DNA of 55,227 nt, from NCBI GenBank assembly GCA_031458695.1, contig JAVKJW010000012.1:15346-70572 (forward strand), written 5' to 3'. The notes below the pieces were generated by a model. It was not told the origin of the DNA and searched no databases. It was given only the letters and a program-made list of their open reading frames with translations. Numbering within the stretch: the stretch's first letter is position 1; each line of letters opens with the position of its first letter. Shown piece by piece: positions 44,448-52,871 of this stretch. This stretch comes from Candidatus Thermofontivivens primus (GTDB taxonomy: Bacteria > Sysuimicrobiota > Sysuimicrobiia > Sysuimicrobiales > Thermofontiviventaceae). The position numbers and the translations under genes are program-made.

Positions 44448-45422
44448 GTGAGGTACTTCCGCCACAGGTTCCTTCTCTCCCTTGTCCTGGGGGCTCTTCT
44501 GATGGTCAGCCTCTCCCCCGGGCTCGGGACTGCACAGGGGACGAAGCTCGTGATGGCGTTCGTCCCGTCGATGGAGGCACAGAGGGTTCTGGCCACCGGG
44601 GCAACGCTTGCCCGGATGATGGAGCTCTCCACTGGCTACAAGATCGAGGCCACAGTACCAACAAGTTATGCCGCAACCATCGAGGCGCTGTGTGCAAAGC
44701 GCGTGGACATCGCTTGGCTCGCGCCATTTAGCTATGTGATTGCCAAAGCCAAGTGCAACGCCGATGTGCGCCTCATCACCGTTCGCTTTAACCTTCCCTA
44801 CTACCGGAGCCAGATCATGGTGCGCGCGGACTCGGGGATTACCAAGATCGATCAGCTCAAGGGGAAGAAGTTTGCCTTCACCGACCCGGCTTCTACTTCC
44901 GGCTATCTCTTCCCTGCAGCGATGCTGAAGAAGCTCGGCTACGATCCTGATCGCTTCTTCAGCCAGAAGATCTTCGTGGGCTCTCACCCCAACGCGGTTC
45001 TGGCCGTCTACCGGGGGCAGGTGGATGGAGCTGCTTCCTTTGAAGACGCCCGCCTCGCCGTGGCCAGGCAGTTCCCGGATGTGCTCGAGAAGGTCAAGGT
45101 CATCGCGTATACCGATCCCATCCCCAACGACACGGTGAGCTTCGGGGCGCATGTGCCCGAGGAGGTCAAGCAAAAGATGACCAAGGCCCTTCTCCGCCTC
45201 TCCGCCACTCCCGCCGGCCAGGAGGAGCTCAAGAAGCTTTACGAAATTCAGAAGCTCGTGGACTACGAAACCCTGGTGACCACTACGTGGACGCAACCAG
45301 ATGGGAAGCCCCTGCGCATTGACAGGAAGAAGGTTCCTAACCTGGATGCCTTCTTCCAGCCCATCCGGGATGTAGCCAAGTACCTGGGCATCGACCTGGA
45401 GGAGTTCATCAAGCCGAGGTAA
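44448..45422 (+). CDS. phnD: Phosphonate/phosphite/phosphate ABC transporter substrate-binding protein
   Basis: AFVPS; SYAATIEAL; FAFTDPASTSGYLFP; GSH; TDPIPND; GGAGG RBS. Confidence 0.88.
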   Translation: MRYFRHRFLLSLVLGALLMVSLSPGLGTAQGTKLVMAFVPSMEAQRVLATGATLARMMELSTGYKIEATVPTSYAATIEALCAKRVDIAWLAPFSYVIAKAKCNADVRLITVRFNLPYYRSQIMVRADSGITKIDQLKGKKFAFTDPASTSGYLFPAAMLKKLGYDPDRFFSQKIFVGSHPNAVLAVYRGQVDGAASFEDARLAVARQFPDVLEKVKVIAYTDPIPNDTVSFGAHVPEEVKQKMTKALLRLSATPAGQEELKKLYEIQKLVDYETLVTTTWTQPDGKPLRIDRKKVPNLDAFFQPIRDVAKYLGIDLEEFIKPR

Positions 45423-45423
45423 G

Positions 45424-45491
45424 GATTTCGGATTTCGGAATGCGGATTGCGGATTTAAAAATCCGAAGTTCGAAATCCGCAATCCGAAATT
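45424..45491. repeat. Inverted pair of GATTTCG heptamer arrays between phnD and phnC
   Basis: GATTTCG GATTTCG GAATGCG GATTGCG GATTT aa AAATCCG AAGTTCG AAATCCG CAATCCG AAATT. Confidence 0.88.
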
Positions 45492-45499
45492 GAAGTGGG

Positions 45500-46270
45500 G
45501 TGGAAAAGCTGGCGTTCCTGGAGGTTGAGCATCTTACCAAGGTATACGAGGACGGGACCAAGGCCCTTGAGGATGTCTCCTTCAAGGTGGAGAGGGGAGA
45601 GTTTGTTGTGATCATTGGCCTCTCCGGTTCGGGCAAGTCTACCTTGTTGCGGTGCATCAACCGGCTGGTGGAGCCCACCTCTGGGAAGATCTACCTCGAT
45701 GGGGTGGAGGTGACCGCCCTCGCTCCCGATGAGCTCCGTCGGCTGCGCCGCCAGATCGGGATGATCTTCCAACAGTTTAATCTGGTGAAGCGGGCCTCTG
45801 TCCTGACCAACGTACTCTCCGGGCGCCTGGGGTACGTCCCTTCCATCTGGTCGTTGGTGAACTACTGGCCCCGCGAGGAGGTGCAGCGGGCGTTTCTGAA
45901 CCTGGAGCGGGTGGGGATTGCGGATAAGGCCTATACACGGGCGGACCAACTATCCGGGGGCCAGCAGCAGCGCGTGGGGATCGCCCGGGCTCTGATGCAA
46001 GAACCCAAGCTGATCCTTGCCGATGAGCCCGTGTCTGCCCTCGATCCTGCGACCTCTCACTCGGTCCTGAAATATATCGAGGACCTGAACAGGGAAGGGA
46101 TTACCGTCCTGTGCAGCCTCCACTTTCTGAGCCTCGCCCGCCGGTACGGGAGGCGGATCATCGCCCTGAAGGCAGGGAGGATCGTCTTCGACGGCCATCC
46201 TGAAGAGATCGACGACCGGCGGTTCAGGGAGATCTATGGAGAGGAAGCGGTGGAGGTGGAGATTCGCTAA
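45500..46270 (+). CDS. phnC: Phosphonate-type ABC transporter ATPase
   Basis: [57 protein letters not shown]. Confidence 0.93.
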   Translation: MEKLAFLEVEHLTKVYEDGTKALEDVSFKVERGEFVVIIGLSGSGKSTLLRCINRLVEPTSGKIYLDGVEVTALAPDELRRLRRQIGMIFQQFNLVKRASVLTNVLSGRLGYVPSIWSLVNYWPREEVQRAFLNLERVGIADKAYTRADQLSGGQQQRVGIARALMQEPKLILADEPVSALDPATSHSVLKYIEDLNREGITVLCSLHFLSLARRYGRRIIALKAGRIVFDGHPEEIDDRRFREIYGEEAVEVEIR

Positions 46271-46384
46271 GTACCCATCAAACGTCCTTTTTAGGGTTTC
46301 CTGAGTACTGGGCGAAATCTTGCGAGGAGATCTTGCTGGAGCTACTCAGGGACGGTATATCACCTGTCCTGAGCAGAGGCAAGG

Positions 46385-47557
46385 ATGCGCAACCAGACCG
46401 TGACCCCAAAAGCAATCCCACATATCCACCCAGGGCGCCGCTCCCTTATCCGTTCCTGGCAGTTCCTCATGTTGCTTCTGGCCATTCTGTTGATCTATGG
46501 CTACGGGTGGCGGGTCACGCAGATCAACATGGGAGAGCTGTTTACCAAGGCGCACCTCATCCGACCGCTCCTCAGCTCCCTGGTGCGCCCTGATCTCCTC
46601 ACCCGGGACCAGGAAGTCCAAGTCGCCCGTGCCCCATTCCTGACGGGGGAGGGGGAGCTTCCCACGCTCCCTCCATCCACTGAGGGGACTTCCCTCAACC
46701 TCTCTCGGACGCGCGGGAGGATCGGCGATCGCCTCGTGGTGAGGGGGCAAGGGTTCCGGCCGAACACAGAGGGTGTGCTCTGGTGGGAGAACCAGATCGG
46801 CCAGCGCCTTCCCATGCGGCGATTCAAGACGGATGAGCAGGGGCGCTTCACCCTGGAGATCGCTGTTCCTCAGACTCCCGGAGTGGAGCATGTAGTCATC
46901 GCGGAAGTAAGCTGGCCTGTTGGTCCCCTCAAGCCCAGTGAGACGCTGAAGATCGTCACCGAGCGAATGATTGAGACGGTGTTCCTCGCCTTGATGGGGA
47001 CCACCATCGCCGTGGTTGTGGCCGTTCCGTTGAGCTTTCTGGGTGCGCGGAACCTCATGGCCAGGAATCCTGTGGGGTTCACCATCTACTTGATCACGAG
47101 GACGGTTTTTAACATTGCCCGCTCCATCGAGCCCCTGATTATGGCGACTGTCTTCGCGGTGTGGGTCGGGATTGGCCCATTCGCTGGTGTCCTCGCGCTT
47201 GGGGTGCACTCCATCGCCGCCTTGGGGAAGCTCTACTCAGAACAGATCGAATCCATCGACCCCGGGCCAATCGAGGCCGTGATGGCTACAGGGGCGACGC
47301 CCCTTCAGGTGGTACGCTACGCGGTGATCCCGCAGATCGTTCCTCAGTTCATCGCCTTTACCATCTACCGCTGGGACATCAACGTGCGGATGTCCACCGT
47401 TATCGGGTTCGTGGGCGGGGGAGGCATCGGGTTCATCCTTATGCAGTATATCAACCTGCTCCAGTGGCGCCAGGCAGCCACGGCGGTATGGGCGATCACC
47501 CTTGTGGTTGCACTCATGGACTATGCCAGCGCAGTCATCAGGGAGAAGGTCATATAG
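46385..47557 (+). CDS. phnE: Phosphonate-type ABC transporter permease with an inserted extracytoplasmic beta domain
   Basis: ETVFLALMGT; GIGPFAGVLAL; LGKLYSEQIESIDPGPIEA; RWDINVRMSTVIG; about 110-aa beta-rich insert after the first TM helix. Confidence 0.9.
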   Translation: MRNQTVTPKAIPHIHPGRRSLIRSWQFLMLLLAILLIYGYGWRVTQINMGELFTKAHLIRPLLSSLVRPDLLTRDQEVQVARAPFLTGEGELPTLPPSTEGTSLNLSRTRGRIGDRLVVRGQGFRPNTEGVLWWENQIGQRLPMRRFKTDEQGRFTLEIAVPQTPGVEHVVIAEVSWPVGPLKPSETLKIVTERMIETVFLALMGTTIAVVVAVPLSFLGARNLMARNPVGFTIYLITRTVFNIARSIEPLIMATVFAVWVGIGPFAGVLALGVHSIAALGKLYSEQIESIDPGPIEAVMATGATPLQVVRYAVIPQIVPQFIAFTIYRWDINVRMSTVIGFVGGGGIGFILMQYINLLQWRQAATAVWAITLVVALMDYASAVIREKVI

Positions 47558-47561
47558 CTTG

Positions 47562-47646
47562 TATTTCGGATTTCAGAATGTGGATTTCGGATTTGGTTAA
47601 CTAGACCAGATAGACCAAATAGACCAAACTGACGAGATAGACCAGA
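47562..47646 (+). repeat. Composite repeat: GATTTCG heptamer arm followed by a TAGACCAGA nonamer arm
   Basis: TATTTCG GATTTCA GAATGTG GATTTCG GATTTGG, then TAGACCAGA TAGACCAAA TAGACCAAA CTGACGAGA TAGACCAGA; the last unit supplies the A of the pgeF ATG. Confidence 0.85.
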
Positions 47647-48446
47647 TGTTCCGTTGGCACGAGGCGGATGGACTTCCTTACCTGTCCAGCGAGCTCCTGG
47701 AAGCTACGGGGCTTGTCATCCACGGCTTCACCACGCGCCTGGGCGGAGTCAGTAAAGGGCCCTTCACCTCCCTGAACCTCGGCAGGGGGGTGGGGGATGC
47801 GATCTCCTGCGTGCTGGAGAACAGGGAGAGAGCCAACCGGACCATCGGCGTGGATCCAAAGCTCCAGGTTGAGGCGGAACAGGTCCACGGCACGGCCGTA
47901 GCCCTTGTCGGTCGTGGGGAGGGAGGCATGCTATGCCCTGGTTGCGACGGGCTCATGACCTCGGAGGAGGGAGTCTCGCTCGCCATCCATACTGCCGACT
48001 GCGCCTCGGTGCTCATCCTTGACCCCGATCACCCTGCCGTAGCAGCTGTGCACATTGGGTGGAGGGGAGTTGCCGCGGGAATGGCAGGAGAGGTCATCAG
48101 GGGCATGCAGGCCTCCTTTGGCTCCAAGACCCAGAGCCTGCTTGTGGCCATTGGTCCTGCCATCGGGGCATGTTGTTACGAAGTCGGGCCCGATGTGCTG
48201 GAGCAGATGCGTCATTGGGTTTGGATCGAGGAGGTGTTGTGGCCGAACGAGCGGGGCCGCTGGCAGTTCGACTTGAAGGCGGCTATCTCTCGCCAGCTCG
48301 TCGATGCCGGCGTCCCACCCGGGCACATTGCCACCTGTACCCTATGTACTGCCTGCCATCCCGACCTTTTCTTCTCCTACCGGCGCGATGGGGTGACTGG
48401 GCGGATGGCAGGGATCATTGCCCTACGGGGCACCCGATGGACCTAG
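47646..48446 (+). CDS. pgeF: PgeF/YfiH family protein (peptidoglycan editing factor, laccase-domain family)
   Basis: HGFTTRLGGVS; SLNLG; QVHG; CDGL; TADC; HIGWRG; IGPAIGACCYEVG; FFSYRR. Confidence 0.93.
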   Translation: MFRWHEADGLPYLSSELLEATGLVIHGFTTRLGGVSKGPFTSLNLGRGVGDAISCVLENRERANRTIGVDPKLQVEAEQVHGTAVALVGRGEGGMLCPGCDGLMTSEEGVSLAIHTADCASVLILDPDHPAVAAVHIGWRGVAAGMAGEVIRGMQASFGSKTQSLLVAIGPAIGACCYEVGPDVLEQMRHWVWIEEVLWPNERGRWQFDLKAAISRQLVDAGVPPGHIATCTLCTACHPDLFFSYRRDGVTGRMAGIIALRGTRWT

Positions 48447-48520
48447 GACATCGCTGACAGCAATCCGCTCCGTGCTTTCCTTCGGAACGCGACATACCCG
48501 ATCAACCCGAGAAATGCGAA

Positions 48521-49204
48521 ATGTCTGAGATCGAAAGGAACATCGCCATCGTACGGGAGAGGATTGCTGCTGCAGCCACCCGGGCAGGCCGGAACCCCGA
48601 AGAGGTGACCCTTGTGGCGGTGACCAAAGGGGTTGGAATCGATAGGGTCCTGGAGGCCATTGCCAGCGGGGTCACCCACATCGGGGAGAACCGTGTTCAG
48701 GAAGCAGCTGTCAAGTTCCCCCACCTTCCTCCCGGCATCGTCCGGCACATGGTAGGTCACCTCCAGCGCAACAAAGCGAAGCTAGCCCTGCGCCTTTTTG
48801 ATCTTATCCACTCTGTGGATTCCCTCCGGCTTGCCGAGGAGCTCAACCGCCGTGCCATGGACGCCGGGGTGACCATGGATGTCCTCATCCAGGTCAACGT
48901 CTCAGGGGAACCAACAAAATATGGCATTTCCCCGGAGGAAGTCGAAGCGCTGGTGGAGAATATGACATCGTTCCCAGGGCTCCGCCTCCGCGGTCTGATG
49001 ACGATTGCGCCCCTGGGAGAGCATGCGGAGCAAGCCAGGCCGTACTTCCGGAGGCTCCGGGAGCTCGGGGAGCGGCTCAGGAACAAAGTCCGACTGGAGA
49101 AACTCGAACTTTCTATGGGGATGACCGACGACTTCGAAGTTGCCGTAGAAGAAGGGGCGACTATTGTGCGCATTGGTCGGGCCATCTTCGGTCCAAGGGA
49201 ATGA
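48521..49204 (+). CDS. yggS: PLP homeostasis protein YggS/PLPBP
   Basis: LVAVTK; GENRVQE; GHLQRNK; IHSVDS; GLMTI; LSMGMTDD; VRIGRAIFG. Confidence 0.95.
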   Translation: MSEIERNIAIVRERIAAAATRAGRNPEEVTLVAVTKGVGIDRVLEAIASGVTHIGENRVQEAAVKFPHLPPGIVRHMVGHLQRNKAKLALRLFDLIHSVDSLRLAEELNRRAMDAGVTMDVLIQVNVSGEPTKYGISPEEVEALVENMTSFPGLRLRGLMTIAPLGEHAEQARPYFRRLRELGERLRNKVRLEKLELSMGMTDDFEVAVEEGATIVRIGRAIFGPRE

Positions 49205-49208
49205 ATGC

Positions 49209-49286
49209 AATTTCGGATTGGCAATTTCGGATTGCGGATTTTGTTGTATTCAAATCCGAAATCCGCATTCCGAAATTCGAAATCCA
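49209..49286. repeat. Inverted pair of GATTTCG heptamer arrays between yggS and mtnA
   Basis: AATTTCG GATTGGC AATTTCG GATTGCG GATTT -tgttgtattc- AAATCCG AAATCCG CATTCCG AAATTCG AAATCCA. Confidence 0.88.
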
Positions 49287-49288
49287 AC

Positions 49289-50332
49289 ATGAGGACGATC
49301 TGGTGGGAAGAGGAGCGAGTGAAACTCCTGGATCAGACCAAGCTCCCGCATAGGGTCGAGGTTGTGGAGTGCACTCGCTGGGAGGAGGTCGCCGAGGCCA
49401 TCCGGACCCTCAAGATCCGCGGCGCCCCTGCGATTGGTGTGGCTGGCGCCTTCGCCCTGGCCCTTGCGGCACGCACGCTTCCTTCCCGCACACGGGAGGA
49501 GTTCCTGGAAGCGCTTACCCACATCTCCCGCCAGATTCAACAGACCCGGCCCACCGCGGTCAACCTCTCCTGGGCCCTTCATAGGCTTCTCCAGTTCGCG
49601 CGGAACTATCCGGGGAACTTTCAGGAGCTCCCATCCCTTCTCCTGGAAGAGGCAGGGAGGATCGCCCAGGAAGATATCGAGACGAACCGTGCGATCGCCC
49701 GCCATGGGAGTAGCCTGATCAAGCCGGGAGAGCGCATCCTCACCTACTGCAACACCGGATCCCTGGCAACGGTGGACTATGGCACTGCTCTGGGCATTAT
49801 CCGGGCTGCCCACGAGCAAGGGAAGGGTGTGCACGTCTACGTCTGCGAGACCAGGCCTGTCCTCCAGGGAGCACGGCTGACAGCCTGGGAGGTCCTCCAG
49901 TATGGAATCCCTGCCACGTTGATCACCGACAACGCCGCGGGTTTCTTGATGCGGAAGGGACAGGTCGACCGGGTGCTTGTGGGAGCCGATAGGATTGCCA
50001 GGAATGGGGACGTTGCCAACAAAATTGGGACCTACACCCTGGCGATCCTGGCGCGCTTCCATGGGATCCCCTTCATCGTTGCTGCGCCCCTCTCCAGCGT
50101 AGACTTTGAGGCTCCCGATGGGTGGGCGATCCCCATCGAGGAACGTCCACCGGAGGAGGTCACCCATATCGGCGGTCTGCGCATCGCCCCGGAGGGGATC
50201 CAAGTGGCCAACCCGGCGTTCGACGTCACGCCCGCTGACCTGGTGACTGCCATCGTGACCGAGCGGGGGATCGCCACCCCACCTTTCAAGGAGAGCCTGG
50301 AAGGGCTAAGGTCCAGGGCGATGGTCTCCTGA
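49289..50332 (+). CDS. mtnA: S-methyl-5-thioribose-1-phosphate isomerase
   Basis: LLDQTKLP; IRGAPAIG; RPTAVNL; CNTGSLAT; ETRPVLQGARLTAWE; ANKIGTY; NPAFDVTP. Alternative in-frame start at 49205. Confidence 0.95.
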   Translation: MRTIWWEEERVKLLDQTKLPHRVEVVECTRWEEVAEAIRTLKIRGAPAIGVAGAFALALAARTLPSRTREEFLEALTHISRQIQQTRPTAVNLSWALHRLLQFARNYPGNFQELPSLLLEEAGRIAQEDIETNRAIARHGSSLIKPGERILTYCNTGSLATVDYGTALGIIRAAHEQGKGVHVYVCETRPVLQGARLTAWEVLQYGIPATLITDNAAGFLMRKGQVDRVLVGADRIARNGDVANKIGTYTLAILARFHGIPFIVAAPLSSVDFEAPDGWAIPIEERPPEEVTHIGGLRIAPEGIQVANPAFDVTPADLVTAIVTERGIATPPFKESLEGLRSRAMVS

Positions 50333-50368
50333 GGACGGTCCACCTACCCCTGTGCATGGGAGGGATCG

Positions 50369-51718
50369 ATGGAACGGGAACGGCGCAGGCGTGAGATCTT
50401 TACCCTCTGTATCCTGGGAATCGGCTGGGCCTTCCTCGTCGCCCACACCTTGAGAGAACGGGACATCCGCTGGCTCCAACTCCTCTTCTTGATCTTTGCC
50501 ATCTACGGAAGCCTGCTCTTTCTCACAGGCCTCGTGAGAGGCCCCAGGGCACGGACCCTCGGTGGATCTTCAGAGACATACCGGCCCTTCGTCAGCATCC
50601 TCGTCCCTGCGAAGAACGAGGAGAAGGTCATCGGGGAAGCGATCAAACATCTGTGCTTTCTTGACTATCCAGATGCGCGGGGGGCACGGAACTATGAGGT
50701 GATCGTGATCGAGGACCGGTCTACCGACGGAACCGGAGCGATCCTCGAGAATTTGCAGAAGTGGTATCCCTTCAAGGTCATCCGCCCGCCCCTTGGATCC
50801 AACCACGGGAAGGCTGCTGCCTTAAACGTCGGGCTCCGCGCATGCCGGGGAGAAGTCGTGGCGGTGTTCGATGCAGACGCCATTGTGCCACGGGATTTCC
50901 TCAAGAAAACCGTTCCCTACCTGAACTCACCGGTTGTGGCAGCTGTTCAGGCTCGCAAGCTCGTGAGTAACGGGCGGCGCAACCTCCTCACCCGGGTCCA
51001 AGAGGACGAGTACGCCATCTTCCAGGTCCTCCTCCAGAGGAGCAGGAGCCTCCTGGGAGGGTATGTGAGTCTTGCGGGGAACGGTATGGTTCTTCGTAGG
51101 GAGGTCCTGGAAGCAGTCGGGGGATGGAACGAACGGGCGTTGACCGAGGATCTGGAGATGACCTTGCGCCTCACCCTCCGTGGTTGGCAGATCCGCTACT
51201 GTGAAGAAGCGGTGGTCTGGGAGGAAGCGGTAGGGAGATGGAAGAGCCTCTTCCTGCAAAGGGCACGGTGGACAGAGGGGGCATTGCAGTGTTTCTTCCA
51301 GTACCTGCCCAACTTGCTCTTTCAATATGAGATCTCCTGGGTGCGCCGCCTGGATGCCCTCTTTTTCTACTCCAGCGCTCTCCTCCTCCCCGTTGCCCTT
51401 TTGACCAGCTATCTCTATGCCGTCGTGAGCTTTCTTGAGGGGGAGAGGTTCTCTCTTACCCTTCCGGAACCCGCCCTCACGCTGGGATCGGCCTTGTTCA
51501 CCGCCAGCGCCTTCCTCTCTATACTCCAGGGGATCGGGGATCTCCCTCGGGCGATCGTCGCGTTCGTTCGCTTCGGCATCTTCACAATCTCCCAGCTCGT
51601 GGCGACCCTGCTGGCCCTCGCTCACTACCTGCGGAGCCTCTGGACAGGCCGGATCGAGTGGGTGAAGACAGAGCACGAAGGAGCTAGCGTGCAGGGGTTT
51701 TGGTGGGGGCGTGAATGA
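50369..51718 (+). CDS. Membrane GT2 glycosyltransferase (resembles MgdA-type glycolipid synthases)
   Basis: LVPAKNEE; EDRSTD; GKAAALN; VFDADA; GGWNERALTED; QRARWTEG; TM helices at both ends; no PilZ domain. Confidence 0.85.
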   Translation: MERERRRREIFTLCILGIGWAFLVAHTLRERDIRWLQLLFLIFAIYGSLLFLTGLVRGPRARTLGGSSETYRPFVSILVPAKNEEKVIGEAIKHLCFLDYPDARGARNYEVIVIEDRSTDGTGAILENLQKWYPFKVIRPPLGSNHGKAAALNVGLRACRGEVVAVFDADAIVPRDFLKKTVPYLNSPVVAAVQARKLVSNGRRNLLTRVQEDEYAIFQVLLQRSRSLLGGYVSLAGNGMVLRREVLEAVGGWNERALTEDLEMTLRLTLRGWQIRYCEEAVVWEEAVGRWKSLFLQRARWTEGALQCFFQYLPNLLFQYEISWVRRLDALFFYSSALLLPVALLTSYLYAVVSFLEGERFSLTLPEPALTLGSALFTASAFLSILQGIGDLPRAIVAFVRFGIFTISQLVATLLALAHYLRSLWTGRIEWVKTEHEGASVQGFWWGRE

Positions 51719-52871
51719 ACGCGATCTGGCTCTTCTGAAGTGCCTCCTCCAAGAGCCCTTCTATGGGAAGGGAGGCTTCTCTCCTTACCACCTCTTGTAA
51801 CTCCGGCCGGGTGCGTGGGTGGGCCGGGACGAAGAGGGAGCAGCAGTCCTCGTACGGGAGGATAGAGATCTCGTAGGTTCCAATCTCCCTGGCGCGGGCG
51901 GTGATCTCTGTCTTATCGAAGCCGATGAGCGGGCGGAAGACAGGCATCCCGGTCGCTTCCTCGATGACGGCAATGCTTTCTAGGGTTTGGCTAGCCACTT
52001 GCCCGAGGCTCTCCCCGGTGACGATGGCCAGCGCTCCTTCCCGGTGGGCAATGCGCTCGGCGAGGCGCATCATCATCCGGCGCATCAAAATCACACGCAA
52101 GTCCTCGGGGGCGTGGAGCTGGATCGCTCGCTGGATCTCGGTGAAGTAGACAATCCAGACCTTGAGGGGGCCCGTCCACGCCGAAAGAACCCGGCAGATC
52201 TCTAGGACCTTCTCCTTGGAACGCTCGCTGGTGAAAGGGAAGGAATGGAAGTGGACAGGGATCACCTCAAGACCGCGCTTGGCAGCCATCCACGCTGCCA
52301 CGGGGCTGTCGATCCCTCCAGAGATCAGGGCCACGGCCCTTCCGCTTGTCCCCACGGGGAGCCCACCAGGGCCGGGGATGCGGCGGGAATACAGGTAAGC
52401 CTCCTCGCGGATCTCGATAGAGATCACCAGGTCTGGGTCCTCAAGGCGCACGCGGAGGTGAGGGAACTGCTCCTGTAAAAAAGCGCCGATCCGGGCGTTG
52501 AGCTCCATGGAGGTAAGAGGGAACCGCTTGTCAGCCCGGCGCGTGTCCACCTTGAAGGTGGAAGGGGAGTCTCTCGTGAGCGCTTCCTCCACAAGGCTCC
52601 TGGCTGCGCGGGCGATTTCCTCGACATCCCATGGGACAGCCCACGCAGGGCTTACACTGGTGACCCCGAAGACGCGGCGGAGGCGTGAGAGGACGTGCTC
52701 CTCTGCTGCTCCTGTATGCACGAGGATGCGGCCGAACCGCTCTCGCACCTGCACCTCCCCCAGACCCTCCAGGGCCTCCTCAACGTTCCGCACGAGGCGG
52801 CGGAGGAAGAAGGGTCGGTTCCCGCCTTTGAGGGCGACCTCCCCGTAGCTGACGAGATAGAGCCGGTTCAT
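51684..52871 (-). CDS. thiI: tRNA 4-thiouridine synthase ThiI (THUMP plus PP-loop, no rhodanese domain)
   Basis: YGEVALKGGNR; TFKVDTRRADK; GLPVG; LISGGIDSPVA; TGESLGQVASQT; YEDCC. Confidence 0.96.
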   Translation of the reverse strand: MNRLYLVSYGEVALKGGNRPFFLRRLVRNVEEALEGLGEVQVRERFGRILVHTGAAEEHVLSRLRRVFGVTSVSPAWAVPWDVEEIARAARSLVEEALTRDSPSTFKVDTRRADKRFPLTSMELNARIGAFLQEQFPHLRVRLEDPDLVISIEIREEAYLYSRRIPGPGGLPVGTSGRAVALISGGIDSPVAAWMAAKRGLEVIPVHFHSFPFTSERSKEKVLEICRVLSAWTGPLKVWIVYFTEIQRAIQLHAPEDLRVILMRRMMMRLAERIAHREGALAIVTGESLGQVASQTLESIAVIEEATGMPVFRPLIGFDKTEITARAREIGTYEISILPYEDCCSLFVPAHPRTRPELQEVVRREASLPIEGLLEEALQKSQIAFIHAPTKTPAR

